From Tubiluchus corallicola (taxonomy: Eukaryota; Animalia; Priapulida): a stretch of 64,000 bases of DNA. The notes beneath the pieces are model-generated. The model was not told the origin of the DNA. It was given only the letters and a program-made list of their open reading frames with translations, and searched no databases. Shown here in pieces: positions 61,967-64,000 of this stretch (position 1 is its first letter; every line of letters starts with the position of its first letter). Location: assembly GCA_030141605.1 (NCBI GenBank), contig JAQGDQ010001032.1, positions 1-64,000 on the forward strand, read 5' to 3'. A program made the translations under genes and the position numbers.

Positions 61967-62930
61967 TTATTATTACCATCATAAATGATTGATGATACCA
62001 ACTTCAAGTAAAGGTAACTTTAGCTTTTATTCGCTTCATTCAAGCCATCCTGCACTCTAAGCATAGGAGCAAATTTTTTATGATATAATACAAGGTTAGT
62101 TTCTAAGGCTTAAAACTGGACAGATGGTCCTTCAAAGAGTTTGTTGGACTAATAATGGTGACAACGATAACTTAGGCAATCTTCCTTTTGCATCTTGATA
62201 TGAAGCGTTTTTTAAAATTGGCAGTGCATTATGTCAAAAAATCATACATCTTAAATGAATATGCTCTGGCGGGAAATCTTTCCTCTTCTTTGCACCTAAG
62301 GCATTTCTTGTTTCAGGAAACAGTTGTGTTCTTAACAGTTGGCGAAGAGAAGGGAGCTGGTAGTTTCTTACTAGGAGGACCAGAAAATATCGTTCAAGGA
62401 TTAAAGGATAAGTACGTACAATGGCTAGTTTTCCACTTATGTGCTCATTATTTATTAAAGAATTCGAGACCTAATAAAATGTTGTATATTTTGTATGCTT
62501 TAATGTTTGACGTCTTGGACGGGTTAAGGTGTTGTAAATTACTAATTCGTGTGGTGATAGTGATTTTAATTGTTCTGTTTCATTTAGAGGTCGCTCTGAG
62601 AAATTGAGCCTAGTGTTGGTCAATAAACCATTTTTATTTCACTAGTCTCGCCAATGTAATTAAAGGTAATCAGTGTTAACAAAGTTGAATTTTGTGGAAA
62701 TCCTAAGGCTCTGAAAATTTGTTAGAAAGAACGTTTTTTCTTGCTTTCCGAAATAAGTCACTTTTCATTTCTGTTTTGGTTGTTTGAAAATTTTCAGGGT
62801 GTGTGACGTTCTGGATGGCAAAGGAGCGTTGAATCATGGGAAATTTCGAGGAAAGGCCAACAGGTTGAATCGCCGAGGTGAAGTCGAGCAATTAGTCAAT
62901 GAGTGGGCTCAAATCAGTGTAGAGAAATGA
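45802..62930 (+). CDS. AARSD1: alanyl-tRNA editing protein AARSD1 (AlaX), complete spliced gene, 410 aa
   Basis: Exons 45802-45840, 46890-47009, 49977-49994, 52163-52304, 53541-53598, 55869-56028, 57744-57860, 60262-60392, 61244-61402, 61506-61566, 62317-62411, 62798-62930. Motifs CQLDSY, DTILFPEGGGQPDDRGT, DWTRRFDHMQQHTGQH, CCGTH (Zn ligands). Confidence 0.95.
46890..47009 (+). CDS. AARSD1: AARSD1 exon 2
   Basis: tttcag|TTG ... CAG|gtataa; FPEGGGQ. Confidence 0.93.
47150..47727 (+). mobile_element. LINE (CR1/L2-group) 3' end
   Basis: Encodes LKFTAPNNWNKISAQVKIHKTIYSFKKYLKRTIFDTYL*, then 3'UTR and (ATTG)n. Confidence 0.75.
47897..48454 (+). mobile_element. 5S rRNA-derived SINE (SINE3-type), copy B
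   Basis: 5S-like head at 47897-48016 with box A/box C (AGTTAAGC, GGATGGGTGACC); no T4 terminator; GC-rich body. Confidence 0.85.
48789..49865. repeat. 54-bp minisatellite, about 20 copies
   Basis: Unit AACTACTTACGTTTCACCGCTCAGCGTATTAACTTTACGTTTTTGCTTCTTTGA. Confidence 0.95.
49977..49994 (+). CDS. AARSD1: AARSD1 exon 3, 18-nt microexon PDDRGT
   Basis: tttcag|CCCGATGACAGGGGAACT|gtaagt; completes the GGGQPDDRGT motif. Confidence 0.9.
50595..51450. mobile_element. Tigger/pogo-like MITE
   Basis: TA-CAGTAGGTGCCA..ACTCAC versus GTGAGT..TGGCGCCTACTG-TA. Confidence 0.8.
52163..52304 (+). CDS. AARSD1: AARSD1 exon 4
   Basis: ttgcag|ATA ... G|gtaaat; RRFDHMQQHT. Confidence 0.94.
52355..52840 (+). mobile_element. 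pogo/Tigger-like MITE family B
   Basis: TIR ..ATCTCGGTTTGC/GCAAACCGAGAT..; TA flanks. Confidence 0.85.
53013..53288 (-). mobile_element. tRNA-derived SINE family A
   Basis: Reverse complement of the 35595 copy. Confidence 0.85.
53541..53598 (+). CDS. AARSD1: AARSD1 exon 5
   Basis: ttctag|GT ... TG|gtgaga; QHLITA...KTTSW. Confidence 0.93.
53756..54232 (-). mobile_element. MITE family B, inverted copy
   Basis: Reverse complement of 52355-52840; TA flanks. Confidence 0.85.
54847..55421. mobile_element. element with ~115-bp terminal inverted repeats
   Basis: TCGAACTGCCAAAAGTTGAACTTGTGCC... at 54847-54962 versus 55298-55421. Confidence 0.85.
55869..56028 (+). CDS. AARSD1: AARSD1 exon 6
   Basis: ttgtag|G ... 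CAG|gtgtgt; IELDTP...VNEKIR. Confidence 0.92.
56802..56980 (-). mobile_element. truncated copy of the solo LTR family (no HSE/TATA half)
   Basis: TTGTGTTTTGTTTCTCTCGGAAG..CGTAGAGAAAACCAG matches the 16309 and 20742 copies. Confidence 0.8.
57744..57860 (+). CDS. AARSD1: AARSD1 exon 7
   Basis: ttacag|GTG ... CAG|gtaaat; RGLPDDH...CCGTH. Confidence 0.95.
58196..58610. repeat. ~137-bp tandem triplication, probably inside a LINE 3'UTR
   Basis: Each unit has the hairpin AGGTGAGTGT...ACACTCACCT. Confidence 0.85.
58748..59110 (-). mobile_element. MITE family B, older copy
   Basis: CACCCATATCTCGGTTTG ... GGCAAACAGAGATATGAG. Confidence 0.7.
59236..59446. repeat. 42-bp tandem repeat x5
   Basis: TAATAGCCATATCAGTATGTTCTGTTAGAGTTCCAGTATGGG. 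Confidence 0.92.
60262..60392 (+). CDS. AARSD1: AARSD1 exon 8
   Basis: ttgtag|CTT ... AA|gtatat; EKGKK...AGNRV. Confidence 0.9.
60628..61076. mobile_element. hAT-like MITE
   Basis: TAGTGTTTCCAC ... GTGGAAACCCTG; internal AAGTCATGGAAAAGTCAGGGA repeats; TSD not clean. Confidence 0.65.
61244..61402 (+). CDS. AARSD1: AARSD1 exon 9
   Basis: gtttag|A ... AG|gtatgt; LLRDLA. Confidence 0.9.
61506..61566 (+). CDS. AARSD1: AARSD1 exon 10
   Basis: ttttag|G ... GAG|gtatat; KEGDMEFMNILANEI. Confidence 0.92.
61625..61860 (+). mobile_element. tRNA-derived SINE family C (same core as family A, different head and tail)
   Basis: GTAGCTCAACGG A box, GTCGTACCAAAGACTCAAAAAATGGTGCC core, GGGTCGCATTGGAAATAAG tail, (ATT)n. 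Confidence 0.7.
62317..62411 (+). CDS. AARSD1: AARSD1 exon 11
   Basis: tttcag|GAA ... AA|gtacgt; FLTVGEEKGAG. Confidence 0.92.
62798..62930 (+). CDS. AARSD1: AARSD1 exon 12 (terminal)
   Basis: tttcag|G; LDGKG...KFRGKA; TGA ending at 62930. Confidence 0.92.
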
Positions 62931-63028
62931 TTGATAAAATAATAATTTATGTGATCTGAAAAGTTGTTTGCTTTTCTTGCTTTCTGCTAATGACATACTA
63001 ATCAAATGGAATCAAGTGCAGAAAAGAA

Positions 63029-63600
63029 GTTTTGTTATGATTGACATGTAATGTGCCATGTTTTGTTATGATTGACATGTAATGTGCCATGTTTTGTTAT
63101 GATTGACATGTAATGTGCCATGTCTTGTTATGATTGACATGTAATGTGCCATGTCTTGTTATGATTGACATGTAATGTGCCATGTTTTGTTATGATTGAC
63201 ATGTAATGTGCCATGTCTTGTTATGATTGACATGTAATGTGCCATGTCTTGTTATGATTGACATGTAATGTGCCATGTTTTGTTATGATTGACATGTAAT
63301 GTGCCATGTTTTGTTATGATTGACATGTAATGTGCCATGTCTTGTTATGATTGACATGTAATGTGCCATGTCTTGTTATGATTGACATGTAATGTGCCAT
63401 GTTTTGTTATGATTGACTTGTAATGTGCCATGTTTTGTTATGATTGACATGTAATGTGCCATGTTTTGTTATGATTGACATGTAATGTGCCATGTTTTGT
63501 TATGATTGACATGTAATGTGCCATGTCTCCCTAATGCATCGTACCATGATTGACATGTAATGTGCCATGTTTTGTTATGATTGACATGTAATGTGCCATG
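63029..63600. repeat. 31-bp minisatellite x18 downstream of the AARSD1 stop
   Basis: Unit GTTTTGTTATGATTGACATGTAATGTGCCAT. Confidence 0.95.
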
Positions 63601-64000
63601 TCTCCCTAATGCATCGTACCACATTAAACAGATTGCTCCTCATTAGAATTTTGATTCAAGATTATGATTCTACTGACAGCGCCAGACGCAGTATTAAACT
63701 ATCGTACACATTTTTACATATCGTGACCTGATTAACTTCCATTAATCTTAATCCATAGATCTACGAGCAATGGTGGATAGCAATAACACATTAAATCACT
63801 TATATAATAATCATAGTGCTAACATTTTAATTCAAATGTACTTTTATTTACAAATATATATATATAATATATTTACTTTTGTTAACAAAACACGATAAAA
63901 ATCCTTTCATCACAACAGGTTGGTAAAACTCAGTCAAGGAATCCCGTACAAAGGTTACGACAAATACGCTCTTTAATTGAGAGTGTTCATACAAAAGAAT

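Overview
AT-rich animal (invertebrate-type) genomic DNA with spliceosomal introns; no prokaryotic features or CRISPR arrays. I reconstructed three spliced genes exon by exon, with GT-AG junctions and consistent phases. (1) A minus-strand M17 leucyl aminopeptidase (W07G4.4-like): 10 coding exons at 18155->691, running off the left edge. (2) A plus-strand FAHD2 at 32166-~43128. (3) A complete plus-strand AARSD1/AlaX editing protein at 45802-62930, 12 exons including an 18-nt microexon. Between the divergent aminopeptidase and FAHD2 genes lie an open Merlin/IS1595-like DDE transposase ORF and an intronless class A GPCR bracketed by arms of a DNA transposon. Introns are packed with hAT and Tc1/mariner-type MITEs, tRNA- and 5S-derived SINEs, LINE 3' ends, two TSD-flanked solo LTRs carrying heat-shock elements, and about 15 mostly locus-private minisatellites. 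The best leads are: a tandem array built from a real splice acceptor; inverted minisatellite arrays bracketing three exons; HSE-bearing LTRs in sense orientation in the aminopeptidase gene; a composite LINE-tail/5S-SINE unit present twice; a GPCR that may be transposon cargo or a retrocopy; and a probable 3'UTR array with 18 miR-183/263-type seed matches. None of these is shown to be a new system; all need the checks listed. Coordinates were counted by hand and repeat boundaries are approximate.
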